64,000 nucleotides of DNA, from NCBI GenBank assembly GCA_030141605.1, contig JAQGDQ010000002.1, positions 3,038,001 to 3,102,000 on the forward strand, in the 5' to 3' direction. Under the pieces are notes generated by a model that saw only the letters and a list, made by a program, of their open reading frames with translations, did no database searches and was not told the origin of the DNA. The stretch comes from Tubiluchus corallicola. Its lineage: Eukaryota; Animalia; Priapulida. The position numbers and the translations under genes were made by a program. Below are positions 14,506-37,497 of the stretch, piece after piece (the stretch's first letter is position 1; the number at the start of each line of letters is the position of its first letter).

Positions 14506-16284
14506 GAGCAACATGTTATTCCGTATTTAACAGTGCTCAATGCATTTACGCAGTTTTCTAGTTCACTTGTACTTCATTATAGATTTGCAATTGTTTCAGC
14601 AGTACTTTGATGTAATAAATTGTTTTGTGATTGTACTTGTTAATGTACCTCCCTAGCAAAAGGTTATACATCACCCTGTATTTTGAACGAATTCCATCTC
14701 ATTCAGGGTTTCTTATTACCTCTTGCAGATATCAATTTTAAGATTAGGAATTTAATACTGATTATTTTTATGTAAATTTCTATAATAATGTACTTTTACT
14801 TTTAGTTTTTGCAGTGTTTTACTGTTCTTTGAGTTTTGCTCTTATGTAGACAAACATTAATTTTAGATGAAGTCAAACATGTTATACAAATGGGACATAA
14901 TCAGTGTGTTGTAATGAAGGTTTACTAATCAGTATTATGTCAGAGTAACACGATTTGCCACCTTATAATTTACGCAACAATCATCCCACATGCTCACTGC
15001 TTGCATAACATGCATATTGTATTATGTCCATACTGATGTTAGCATTACTGGTCTATAAGCTGGTGTTTATAGATAATAGACAGAGAAGCAAGTTTAGTAC
15101 AAATAGTTTTATATTCATTACATGACCACCACATATAGATCATGCAGTACTTGTTAAGTTTGTAAGTATAGATAAAGGCCAGGTTTTACAGCAAACTACA
15201 TGCACAATATGAAACTGTGATAATATTACTTTCTGTTAATTTTTTGTAGAAATTGATCTGATTGGCTAAACTCTAAATGTTTAAGCATGAAAAAAGCTAG
15301 TTAGTTTTACCATTTAAATTTAAATTTAAAAGTATTATGTGGAGCATTATGTGGTTTCTGGTGTAATGTAAAATAGGCTTATAGTACATTCCATGTTTTG
15401 TTTGTAGAGCATGATGGGCATCCAAATGTTATTTGCACTGTGTAGAATGTAACCAGTCAGTAATGCTTATAATGTCATTTTTTTGCAGTATTAAAAAGGG
15501 AAGTTTTAATAATACATGTACGTACATGACTCATCAGCATCCACACATGTAGTTATCACTTCTGTGTTCTTAATGAATTTCACAATAACAGTAGTCCTGA
15601 CCATTCAGGGAAATTACTGGAGTTTTTGTTGAGTGGTAATTGCATATTGTACTAATGAATTTGATAACAACTAAATTTATATATATATATATATACATAG
15701 ATGTATAAATTTAGTTGTTATACATTTAGATATATATATATATATATATATACTGCAGAAACTGAAATATACATATATGTTGTCCGATTGTGTCTCATCT
15801 TGGATAATTTTTGTCTCATGTTCAGTAGGCCAAACTTGACTTTTTGGTTTGATACTTATATCTATCTGATATTAAGTTTTCTGAGCTGTAAGGTAAGCCT
15901 AATTTTAGGAAGTGGATATCTGGCACGGGTGTCAGTGGCTACTGATTTTGGGCTAGTCAGCACAAATTTCATTTTTATTTCTATGCAGACTGATTAAAAA
16001 AGACTGGCTGGAACATCATGCAACATTAGCCATGTGCTAATGTAAGCGACTTTGACAAACACAAAGCTGAGATGCCACAAATAGATAATTGGTTGATAAT
16101 CGATTCGAATTCGCTTTCTGGTAGAGAATGCTCACCCACAGAAACAAGCGGTGATGATGTTTTGCAGCTCCGCCTGAACTTTGTTTGAACTACGTTTAAT
16201 AATCGACTGCTAAGTTTCTGTAGGCTAAGCATTTATGTGTGCGAATCGGGCGCCAGCTTTATATAAAGTTATTAATTATTCAAT

Positions 16285-26616
<10,332 letters not shown>

Positions 26617-28199
26617 AATTGTGGTATTCTTTGAAACTGAACCGTTCTTCCAACCAACACTGCAAAATATTTTTTAGTCATGGTGATAGAAATGACTGAT
26701 TATATATGATATATTATTCGTAAATCCATGTGCGCATATACTATTTATATATTATAAAGTAGACATACATATTTTTCTGCTGTTTTGTTATTTGTTTATG
26801 ATAGTTGTAAGGAACTTTTGAGTAATGCTTGTGGACATTGAAACTTTGAAAAGATGGTCAGTAATGAAAAACACCATTTTCACTTATTACATCTTCAAGG
26901 CAAGTGTACATGTATAATACATATGCAAGGGACCTAGGCAGGTGTGTACTTAATGCCACAGGTTCTACACATCAGTGCTTCTTGTACAGGTTTAAGTTTA
27001 ATGTGTATTTAAACTGATGGTTGGTTTTAAGTTTAACCATGTTGGTCGTTTGTCAGTAAGGTTTTCCACACTCGGAATTTTTAACTGCCAAATACAAAAC
27101 GATTTCTTAGACGCATTTACTTTTCTGTGGTCACTTTTAATGGAGTAGTGCCCTTCTAATTGTAATTTGCAATACAGTCATGTAGATATAATAGTATAGA
27201 TGTACAAGGTTTACACACAGTATTAAATTTCTGTTTGATGTGTGTGTAATGCCAAGGCAAAATTGTTTAACTGATAATTGTTTAGGTCTGACTAAAAAGT
27301 TATTTTTAACCAATACTGTTTTACCCTTATCTTTGGACCTCGCCACTGCATCCATTCTCATTTTTTGGCTCTGGGAATATCCTCCTCAGCAGATGTGACT
27401 GTGGACAGTTGATTTTTTGAGTGGTGAGTTTCTTTTTAGCTATACTGCACAATTATGTATTTCTAAAGTTTAAGCCTTATAAAAAGCTAATTGTTTTTAT
27501 ATACTGGATTGAAAAGATAATTATTATTTCTGGAACTTGACGACATACGTTGAAAATGCAAGCATGTATGGCAATTGTAAATAATTGTTTAATACAGTTT
27601 ATTTTTCTATGTAATATCAAATGGCTACATTCTAATCAACAGCTTATTGAGCTTTCGATTGTTTTTTTGTTATCTAAATATAGGTTGTGATTTTTTGGCC
27701 TTTCGATTATGCACAAACAGTACATAGGAGTCAATTTTGATTATGCACAAATAGTAGGTAGAGTGAGTTAATCATTATTTCTTAAGTTTGTTGGTTAAGT
27801 TTTATTGTTCACATGGCATCTTATACTTATTGCTAATATTTTGTTATGTAGTTTAATTTAAAGCAATAATATCCAGTTACTTTCCCCTTTATAGAACTAT
27901 CTGTAATTTTTTTGAAATAGTGGGACTAGTGTAAATATTACTATACTTGGTGCTTTGCAATAGAGAGTAATTACTAAATTGCATCGTAGCTAAATGTATC
28001 GATTCGTTTATATTTACTACAGCAAATATAAAATGTTTATTTATTTGGTTACAAAGTATTTAAACATTTAACTAACTAAGTCCATACATGTATAACTTGT
28101 TTTATATTATTTGTCCAGTGATGTATTAAAGATAAGAATTTAACATAACATAATGTCATGTTCTATGACTATATTTATTTAGAGTATTACAGTATGCAG

Positions 28200-29040
28200 C
28201 ATACAGGTAGTACTTCCATGTGTGCGTAATGTGCGATGTATGTTGACTGTTTCCACGTGTCCATGAATATAAAGCTCACAGTAGTCTTTGTCATTTCTGG
28301 TTGCTATTCGTGAAAACTGCCGTTGAACTATGAATAGCTGGAAGGCATGGCTCTGTCAAAATTTTGTCGCAATAATCTCAGCAGGGGCATTAGCTTATTA
28401 TTGTACTGTTAGACAGAAGAGAAAGACAGTTTTGGGTGCACAACTTTTTCGGGGGAGAAAACAGAAGGGCACATATTACCACTTAATGAAAGAATTGCAA
28501 TATATAATATATCTTTACTGCAATTAAAGCAGACATAAAAATTGCAAAATGAAATAACATTTACATACACAAAAAACAATGAACTACATCTAAAATTTTA
28601 GTATGCATGACAAATCAACAATTAAGAACTTCCAAATTAACACTAGAAAGGAATCGTACAATTCAAATTAATTTTATATTTATAGAATACATTACGATGT
28701 ATGATACAACTAGATGCATAACACATATGTATACGCTTCTTCCATCTCTGAAAAACTGGAAAGAAAAAATATTGTGTAGGTGTCTTGAAATGACCAAATT
28801 CACCCGAACAGAAAGCCAGTTGGCAAAAATGATCACCAGAAACTTGAAAATTTGCTAAAGCACCTAGGCAATGGCAGCTTCCCATCTGTATATGGCTATG
28901 TAATGCATATTCAGACAATAGCAATGTGGATCATGTATTCAGTACACATGGAAACACTTCCAGGCATTTAAATACAGACTTTCGTATGCACATTACGCAT
29001 TCATGGATCACGCGTCATGCATTGCATGTACCTTAAGACT
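28200..29040 (+). mobile_element. Possible decayed PIF/Harbinger-derived element
   Basis: Frameshifted translation near 28420-28500 gives RQFWVHNFF/RGRKQKGTYYHLMKELQ, resembling Harbinger transposase N-termini (W-V-H...R...G-x-Y-x-x-L-x-x-EL). Boundaries and TIRs are not resolved. Confidence 0.3.
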
Positions 29041-30185
29041 GCAGAAATGTTGGTAAGCAACAATTACATTTACGTTGTGACTTATCAATGCTAAAATACT
29101 GACATTTTGTGTGCCACAAGTTTATATTATTTGCTTAATTGATAACTGGATTCATATCTATTTGAACATATATTATACTTCAAATAAAATAAACATTTAT
29201 TGTATTATGTTATTTCCTATTACATGCAAAGTTAAATGTGTGAAATCAGTGCTAAGTAATCATACTACACTGTATTGACTTCTGACATAACTACATATTT
29301 TTAAAGATTAGCACATGTTTTTGACGTTTGTTGCTGTGGTGATTACTAGGAATGTTGTTCTTAGCATATATATTGTTGGGGTCGATTAGTGAATGTGCAG
29401 AATTATTTGTCAGTGTTTAAAACTGGAACAGTCAGACCAATGCAATGCAAATTATACAGTCATGTTGTTTCTGTCTTGCCGTTGTTCTTACGGCTTACCT
29501 TTGTATAGTCTAAAGCTCTTGGCATGCCTGATCAGCATACAAAATGTCTTTTTTCAGTTGTCAATTTGTTTACAGTAGCACAAAGTTTTTCAGTACGCTT
29601 CGGTACAAAATTATTGTCAATTTCAGTATGGGCACTGTTGGTACTGATGGGCACTGTCAATAATTGCCGTGAGACTTTTGATTAATCTTTATTGCTATTT
29701 AACTTTGGCATTTTGATTTATGAAGAAGTGCATTTGTAAAAATGTTTTTTCATTGTTTGTTTGTAAAGCAGATATTGTCAAACAACAGTCTGCTATACCT
29801 TTGTGGTGGCTCTGAGCCAGTGTACTTAATGCTAAGATAAGTGGGTCAGGTTTTTTTTAGTAAAAAACTGTTTTGATCAAGTTATCTGATTTATTTCTGT
29901 AAGCCTTTATACTTAACATCTCATTGCGTGTGTTGTGATTATTTTAAAGGTTGTTGAACAATCAAAAAATGTGAGTTTGTTTCCAAATTATGCTTTGAGT
30001 GCTTTCATAGAATGTAAGTGAGCAAATATTTATTTTCTTATGTTTATATGATGTGAATTGTTATTATGATATTATATATTTGCTTTTGCTTGCCAATAAA
30101 ACTTCTGAAACAAAAGTTTTTTTTCGTGTTCGTCAAGTGAGTACTGTAATTAGCAGGCAATCTAGACAATGATTACGTAAAATGT

Positions 30186-30293
30186 CTCTCAAAACAAAAA
30201 GGCAAGGAACCAATAAGCCGTAGTGTTAACATGTTTTAAAATAATATTAAGACTGTGACTTATTCTTGCTTCCCTGCCTTTTTGTTTTGAGAG
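30186..30293. repeat. ~108-bp palindrome (foldback)
   Basis: CTCTCAAAACAAAAAGGCA (30186-30204) is the exact reverse complement of TGCCTTTTTGTTTTGAGAG (30275-30293); the inner arms continue with imperfect pairing. Confidence 0.8.
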
Positions 30294-31541
30294 GCTTATC
30301 GAATTGATTAAAAATAATACAAATTACCATATGCAGCCATTGTTTTAAGAAAATAAGAATACGAAATAAGTAGCACTCTGTAATGCTTCCATTTTTGTCA
30401 CTGGGTAGTCCATATGCTTTCATAAGCACCATTGCATCCATACATAAATTATTATTACACTATTAAACGTTAAAGTCAAATTTCTTCCATCCTGTACCCT
30501 GAAATATTATTGCACCGACGATATTAGATACAGAAAATTACTACAAATGCAACGATATTAACAATCAAAGATTTTTCCGGCGCAAAATGTTTTACGTTGA
30601 TAATAATGTAATTTGGAAGTACAGTATAAAAAACAAATCGCATTGTGATTACAATGGCTTATTTTATATTTTTCCAAAAAATTGTATCAGTCAAAGCACA
30701 ATTAACGGAATTAGGTGCATATGGCTTTTTTCTATTTTTTGTGTGGCATAGCCTATAAAGCCATAATTTATCTGGGATCATTCGCTTACATAGCACCTGA
30801 GCCCAGATAAATCAGAGCCATTACGCACCTGGCACTGCATGCACTGAGTAGCATAATTATATTGCTTACTATTTGGCTTCACTCCTTTTGCATCGCCTTT
30901 GAGTAGATCATTTCTCAAAATATAATGTGACCCCAAAGCTAACAGGCATAATTAATTTTCCGGAATACAGCTCATCGATTCATTTGCAGATATTGTCAGT
31001 AGATTCGGTTTCTCGGCGTTGAAATGAAGCCAAGTTTTTATCAGAGAGCAAACATAATTATGCTTGACATAAAAACATTGATCGACCAATTGAATAGAGG
31101 AGTAAATCTAGCTACGCGGCATGTCACGAGAAGGCACGCGAACAGAATAAGTGAAAACGAAAGTAGAAGATTAGATACACTAGTGAATACGTGTCACGTC
31201 CAGATACTTATCCTCATAGAGGGATAGGATGGGGGGGGGGGATAGTTGACAGTGCGAAGTGTGAAACTTTCACTTTTAAGTCCCAGTTATTTACCGACCG
31301 AAAGCACTGTATAACACGAAGCTACACCTACTTATTATTAACATTTACATTACATATACAAGCAAAGACAGGGAGGTCGATTTAAGGAGCTAGCTGGATT
31401 CCTTTTCTGTATTTAACAACAGAATTAGGCCTATTCCTAAGCTTCATTGGCGGTGCTCAGTATCCGCGGGGGAATTTTACAAAACTAATCATAACGTTTT
31501 TCAGGCGTTGGTTTGTTCCCCCATAGTTTCCTACTCCCACT

Positions 31542-31724
31542 CAGGGGTGTAGTAGAGGGGTAACGTCGGATGACTGAGTTACCTTATCATCTGCTTAATA
31601 CAATTACCACCTCTGTTATCTAACGGTATTGCGTTACATATTTAAAAAAGATCCTTATCTGCAAGATAAGTGCAGTTAAGTACATGATATCTGCAGTTAC
31701 CCCACTTATATTACTACACCCATG
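31542..31724. mobile_element. Short hAT-like MITE
   Basis: TIRs CAGGGGTGTAGTA...TACTACACCCATG with degenerate 8-bp TSD CTCCCACT/ATTCCACT. Confidence 0.6.
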
Positions 31725-32139
31725 ATTCCACTCGGTGCACTCATGCAGATGTTAACAAGCATATTTTTCAAATTCCAAGTTGTCCTTGAGATCGATACAG
31801 AAATTAATTTATGAAACATGAATTGCAAATAATGCAAATGTATATCATGTGTGTCACCTTGGCCATAATATCTACAAACCTTTAACTCGGAGTATTTATA
31901 TCAGAAATCAACCTAGTTTGTGATATCACTTTTTGCCCGTTACCGTATCTCTGGTTTATGCCTTATAAACACCATCTGTTTCTTGCCATTTTTTACCTTC
32001 CCGCAATGTTTAAACTCAGCACACTGTGTTAATTTTCTATTCGTCATTTTAGATTAAAATACACGAGCGGTTTTACCCATTTATTACAAAATTATAAGCT
32101 GCCCACCCCTTTATCGACAATAGATTAGTCCTGTAGAAG

Positions 32140-32350
32140 CCACGAGAACAGCGCCTGGCACAGTAGTCACGTGACATAGTAGATACTAAATCGGTTGATC
32201 AGTGAAAGTCGGTGAAAGTGCGAATTGGGCGCATGCGTCAGCTGTTCCCAATAGATGCCTGGTACTAATACAAGAATAAGGAGAATATAGATTTGTATCC
32301 TAGGTGAAACTGTCCTTAACAAATGTAGGGCGCCATGAAAGAGCGGTTCG
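32140..32350 (+). promoter_or_regulatory. Putative LRRC73 promoter
   Basis: CpG-enriched patch about 1 kb upstream of the ATG with palindromic E-box GTCACGTGAC (32166-32175) and NRF1-like GCGCATGCG (32229-32237). Confidence 0.45.
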
Positions 32351-33177
32351 AGTGATGTTATGAGAAGCATTCAGATTTTTTGTGCCGTGGAGAACTCAGT
32401 TAGTGCGTGGCGTTAGTTTTTGTGTGAAAAGCATTGTTAAGTATAGCGCTTTTTGATACAGACCTATTCGAGATAAATTACACTATTTAGCAAAGAGTTT
32501 TATTTGTTTTAATCAGTTATTCTTATAATAAAGGATGAGATTTTAAATAAAATCATTTTAAGTAAGGGTATAAAATTATAGTTTCCCCTTTGTTGTCTGC
32601 AGATGGTGCTGAGTGATTTGCAGCATTTACTACACCAAGGTGTGTGGATAACTAATATTGCCTTCTATAGCACTGCTGTTGAGCAAGTAGTTATAGAGTA
32701 TCTTTATATTAAAAATACTTTAAAACAAAGATTTTTACTTATTCTGTGGGCACAATTAATGAATAATCGGTTTATAAAGCTATTTAATACGCATCTTTTC
32801 AACAAGTGACTTCTACTCATCCTATATTTATCACCAATTTGAAACGATAATAAATTCTTAGAGTTTTAGCAGTGCAAACCAGTTGTCAGCAACAGATTAA
32901 ATGGAATTGAATACAAGAAAGAAGAAAGCGGGTGGTGTTGAAATAGAGTTGGAATAAATAAGTGCAACCAGGAACTGATACATATCTGTCGCCTCTATGC
33001 ATACGACTCAGTGTTTGAAACAATTTTATGGACGAAACGGCATTCGGCAATGGAACTCAAAAGACGTCGCACGTACGAGTGTATCAATCATTGAATTTGA
33101 AGAAGTTTCGAGCCTAACAGCATGCTAAGCATGTTTCCACCACTGTGTCAACTCCTGGAACAACTTAATGCAATGTG

Positions 33178-35674
33178 ATGACTAACATCAGCTCGGTACA
33201 GATCTGCGAGTCAGAACTGACCGACAAAGACACAGAGGACATCATAGATGTGTTGAACCAGAACACTCTGCAGATATTGTCATTGCGAGATAGTCATGTC
33301 AATCTGGAACAGTTCAAGAGGTTAGCAAGAGCAGCAGGGTGCTGCAGTTCCATTAGAGAGCTGTACTTTAGTACAGGAATAGTAACTGACATTCAAAGAC
33401 TCAGGCTTTTGTGCACATGTCTTACAGAAAATGCATCTGTTAAAGTTTTAATGTAAGTTTTTTTTTGAAAATTTTCTTATTCTCAGGTGGCACAAAAATG
33501 CGCCAAACTTTTGATCACAAAATTATAAGGTTCACAATACGGAATCAAATGAAAATTGCCAACGATGTTACAGCACTTACGTATAAATGCATAAAAATTC
33601 CAAAAACACAGAAGTTTTAAAACAAGTCAAAAAAATAAATACTGAAAAAAAACGTTTGTGTGTCACTATTGCTAAAATTTACAGCAAGTGCTCTACGTGT
33701 CCACGATTTTCATTGCAAACTAGATGAAGGCATTTCTTCCAACACCTGACACAGTTTCTCACATAAGGTGTATTTGATCCCAGTACTCAGCAAGTTTTTG
33801 TTTTGGTTCCTCTGCATCAAATGTATTTCTGCAGGCATCGTACACTTTTTCTCTAAGGGAATGCCAAATACCACTATCTGCAGGGTTAAATTCCACTCTT
33901 TTCTAGGGAACAAATCTCTATCAGTGCTTTATTTTGTGTGCAAGAGAATTTTAAATTTCACAAGACATAGTTCAAATGAAAATTGGATTTCTGTGCAATA
34001 CTGCACACGGGCTTGGGTTGTACCGTTAGTTGATATTTGTGAATGGCCAGGATGGTACCTTGGGGATGCCAGTTATAGAAATGAATACACGTGCTTGATC
34101 GAGATGCACACACACTGCCTATTTCACTAAACAGCCGGGATGGTAATTACTTCATCATCAAAACATCGACCAGTGACTGTTCTGCAGTTTATGATTAGCT
34201 GGCATTGTTCAGGCATTTAGTTTTTTAACATACGACAGCTTTCCGGTCATATCTTGAAAACCATTAAACTATGCGCATGTAAGTTTTGCAGCCAAAAGTT
34301 AATGTATTTTAATATCATGCTGTGAAATTTCAATTTTGTATGGCACTTGCAAATAATATCATAGTAGTCTGAACTTCAGCACATTTTTTCTGTGCCACCC
34401 AATATTAATACTCTCCATGATACCTTCCAGAGTATGTTTTTAATTGCCTTTAGCTTTTAACTTTTTCATGCTAATACCAATAGAAAAACGTTATGTAATA
34501 TTAGTAAATGTTAATTTTGAAGCCTTAAACTGCTTCGATTTTTGCCCCATCAGACACCCAAACATAGTGTCAACTATTGCGTTTAATGGACAGCTGATTA
34601 GATCTAGGCAAATCAAGATTGAGGTGCTCCTAGAACAATACTCTAAAATTGATTAGTTGACAGACAAATTTAGAAAACTCATTAAATCACAAGTTTCTTG
34701 CTACCTGTTCATATGCAAATTTTTTATGTTCAGTTATCTGTGGCAATAAACTGGCCAGCTTTCAATGTCCATGTATTTTCAAGGGCAAGTGCGTCAAAAT
34801 AGAAAAGTTACATTGCAACTCATGCAAACAGTGCATCAACTTAACTTTTATTGAACACTCTAGACTTGAACATCATCCACTGAGTGAAGGGGAGGCTCTG
34901 TTACTTTTCGATGCTCTGAAGATACACCCACCATTGACTTCGCTTTCACTTATGGATTGTGACCTGACTGATACAGCCATTGCTGGAATACTGAACACAC
35001 TCAGATGGAGAAATTGTCTTCCTGGTACGTACATGCATTAAAAATATGACCTATATTTGAAAATGCTTAGAGGACAACCATGAAATGTTTCAAATAGTTT
35101 CAAAGTCAGAAAAGTTAAACACATCGAATACTTACTGTTAAGCTCATTCGTATTGTAGCTTTGTCTTATACATGAACAACATTCTTTTTTATTCGTAATA
35201 AGGATTCTGTTTCAGGATTGGTGAAACTAAATCTGTGCAAAAATCCACGCATCACTCAGCAGGGATGGGAACACCTGGCAACTGGAATCTCATGTGGGAC
35301 AGATCTCCAGAAGTTAAACATATCCAACAACAATATTGGCGATCGTGGTGCCATTGCCTTGTGTGTGGCAATTGCAGGAAACAGAACACTGGAGTACATT
35401 GCTGTAGAAAGCAGTTGCATATCAGAAAAAGGTGGAAAGGTGAGAAAAATGTCTTTAATTTTGGGTACATGGAAATATCATTTTAATTGTGAAAATAGAA
35501 AGCCTTCTGAATGACATACGAGTAATAATTTTTATGTATTTTCAGGCATTCTTGAAACTATTGGAACTTTTTCCATACCGGCTTCGGGAGTTGAGGCTGG
35601 CTGACAACCATATCGGTAAGATGCTGATGATGCAGATAAGTTCCAATTTATTGGCGCCACCTATTGCCAAGTAA
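33178..35674 (+). CDS. LRRC73: Leucine-rich repeat-containing protein 73-like (RI-like LRRs, ~262 aa)
   Basis: Exons 33178-33452, 34864-35024, 35216-35439 and 35546-35674, in phase. The sequence SSVQICESEL...LQILSLRD...HPPLTSLSLMDCDL...NPRITQQGWEHLA...RTLEYIAVE...FPYRLRELRLADNHI parallels recalled vertebrate LRRC73 end to end. Confidence 0.85.
33484..34402 (-). mobile_element. Decayed Tc1/mariner-superfamily DNA transposon in LRRC73 intron 1
   Basis: TIRs CAGGTGGCACAAAAATGCG... and ...CACATTTTTTCTGTGCCACCC. Minus-strand remnant EFNPADSGIWHSLREKVY...KLAEYWDQI matches the (SPD)LNPxD-x-x-W...KVY transposase C-terminus. A related left end lies at ~8717-8830. Confidence 0.75.
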
Positions 35675-36723
35675 TAAAAAATACAGATGCATGCTTTTGA
35701 GTAAAAGAAGTTGTCTCAACAATATTCACATGTACACCTTGTTGTTCTTGGATGTAGTATGCTAGATGTCACTACGGAAAGTTGGTAATAAAATGTTAAA
35801 ATTAAGTACAAGTTGTAAAGAAGTAGAAACCTTCTGTACACCTATTATAGGAATAATACAAAAACTTAAATAAATAACAAACCACAGATGTTTTCTAATA
35901 GCTTATATTATGTTGACCTTATAGCTGTCAGATTTAAAGATGTTTTTCATTACTATGACGATCAATAAATAATATGGACACATAAACACCTGACATACCA
36001 TTATTTGAGCTGTTCATGTACATGGAGAATTGGATATGCAAAATTTCATGCATTTGCTCACTCGTTTTTACAAATTATGAGCGTTATTGTTGCACACACG
36101 AGGCACCACGTGAGAAAGGTTATCATATAGTTGGATACAAATAATGTTAATTCCACTGTTTGTTCTATAGTGAAAATATTGAAGGAACACCCTGCAAGCA
36201 ATGTAGAAAATATGCTTTCTACATGTTGAGCTTCAGGTTTCAGGACCAATTAGTTTCATCTTTAAAAAGCAAAATGTATTGAAAATTTTTGCTTATTTTG
36301 AAAATTCTTACTTTCAAAAAGAATTTCTGAGGTTGCTCTAAGCTCGTACTATTCATGGTCTGAATGAAAATGCATTGAAAGGAAAATGTGCAAAATTCGA
36401 ATAGGGTAATTGACTTTTAAGTATTTAGCCAGTATTTGACTGCTAACAAAGTTTGGGTTAATGAACTGAACATTTATAATTGAAAGCGCTTGCAAATGGA
36501 ACAAGCATGCAGATTTTCGAAAAGGTTAATTATTTCTAAGTTATTTTGACAATATATTTTATCGCTAATGTATCACCAGATGATACTGATTAGAGTTTAA
36601 AAATCTTAAAAAATGTTCACACAGAATTCCATTGCTTATAAATAAATAGCTGTATTTTAATAAGCAAAAAGTATCAAAATGTTCTACAGGAAATGACAAT
36701 CACAGTGCACTATGAAAATTGTG

Positions 36724-36818
36724 ACAGATAAGATTTCTTTTCACTCATAATAATTCAGATCTGCTTTCTCAAACATTTCAAAAACAATCGTCATTAGTCG
36801 TGAGGAAATCACATCTGT
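36724..36818 (-). promoter_or_regulatory. SECIS element (type I-like) in the SELENON 3' UTR
   Basis: Minus strand reads CAGAUGUGAUUUCCUCACGACUA-AUGAC-GAUUGUUUUUG-AAA-UGUUUG-AGAAAGCAGAUC-UGAA-UUAUUAUGAGUGAAAAGAAAUCUUAUCUG. AUGA is at 36794-91, apical AAA 12 nt later (36778-76) and the 3' UGAA at 36757-54. Helix II and helix I (CUCA/UGAG, GAUUUC/GAAAUC, CAGAU/AUCUG) pair. Confidence 0.9.
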
Positions 36819-37497
36819 ACAATAATATTGCTGTTGGTGTAAACACAATGTGATACAGAAAATGATGAGCGTGGATATCATAATTCTTATGTAAGCTTAT
36901 TATTACGCAGCTTCACCATGTATATATACAGTACACTACACACCTACATTCTGTTTGGTTTACAAATATACACTCATGTAAGTTTTTTTTAATGAAAAAC
37001 TGAATTAACTGTTTTGTGTAATGTGTTAACAGCACTTTTTCGATTTATCACAGTCTGTAATCTAGCCTCAGTTATCACAATATAAGTTTAACTATCACTG
37101 ATTGGTCTTAGACAAAATTATATAAAACTTCCAGTACAGCTGCTCTTTTAGTTATTCAAACTTCTTTCTTATAAAAATACGAAAAAATAAGTAAAGGTAT
37201 GTAAAATATGTAAAACATAATTTAAATCACAAATATATGATTCCTGTGCAAAATAGCATTTTTGTTACAGTTTAAATGAAAACGTTTGCCCAAAATTCTA
37301 CACAAATACTTACAATCTCTGTGCACTGTAATTTTTTATACTGCGAAAAATCTAATCTATCTATTACTTTGGCATATATTAAAAACAAATGAAATCAACC
37401 AAACCTTGCAACAATTCAATCATGAATCAGCTTATGAAAATAGCAGTCCTTCTGATAATGCAATCTGGAACCTAATGCTTCAGTTAGGGCTTCCTAA

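Noticed and set aside
30766-30812. Hairpin whose 3' arm starts UAGCACC (miR-29-like seed)
   Set aside because: Loop of only ~5 nt, internal mismatches, no basal stem, and the rest is unlike miR-29; not a credible pre-miRNA.
35955-35995. ATGAC...AA...TGA pattern in the LRRC73 3' region (possible second SECIS)
   Set aside because: Helix II does not pair, and LRRC73 has no in-frame TGA.
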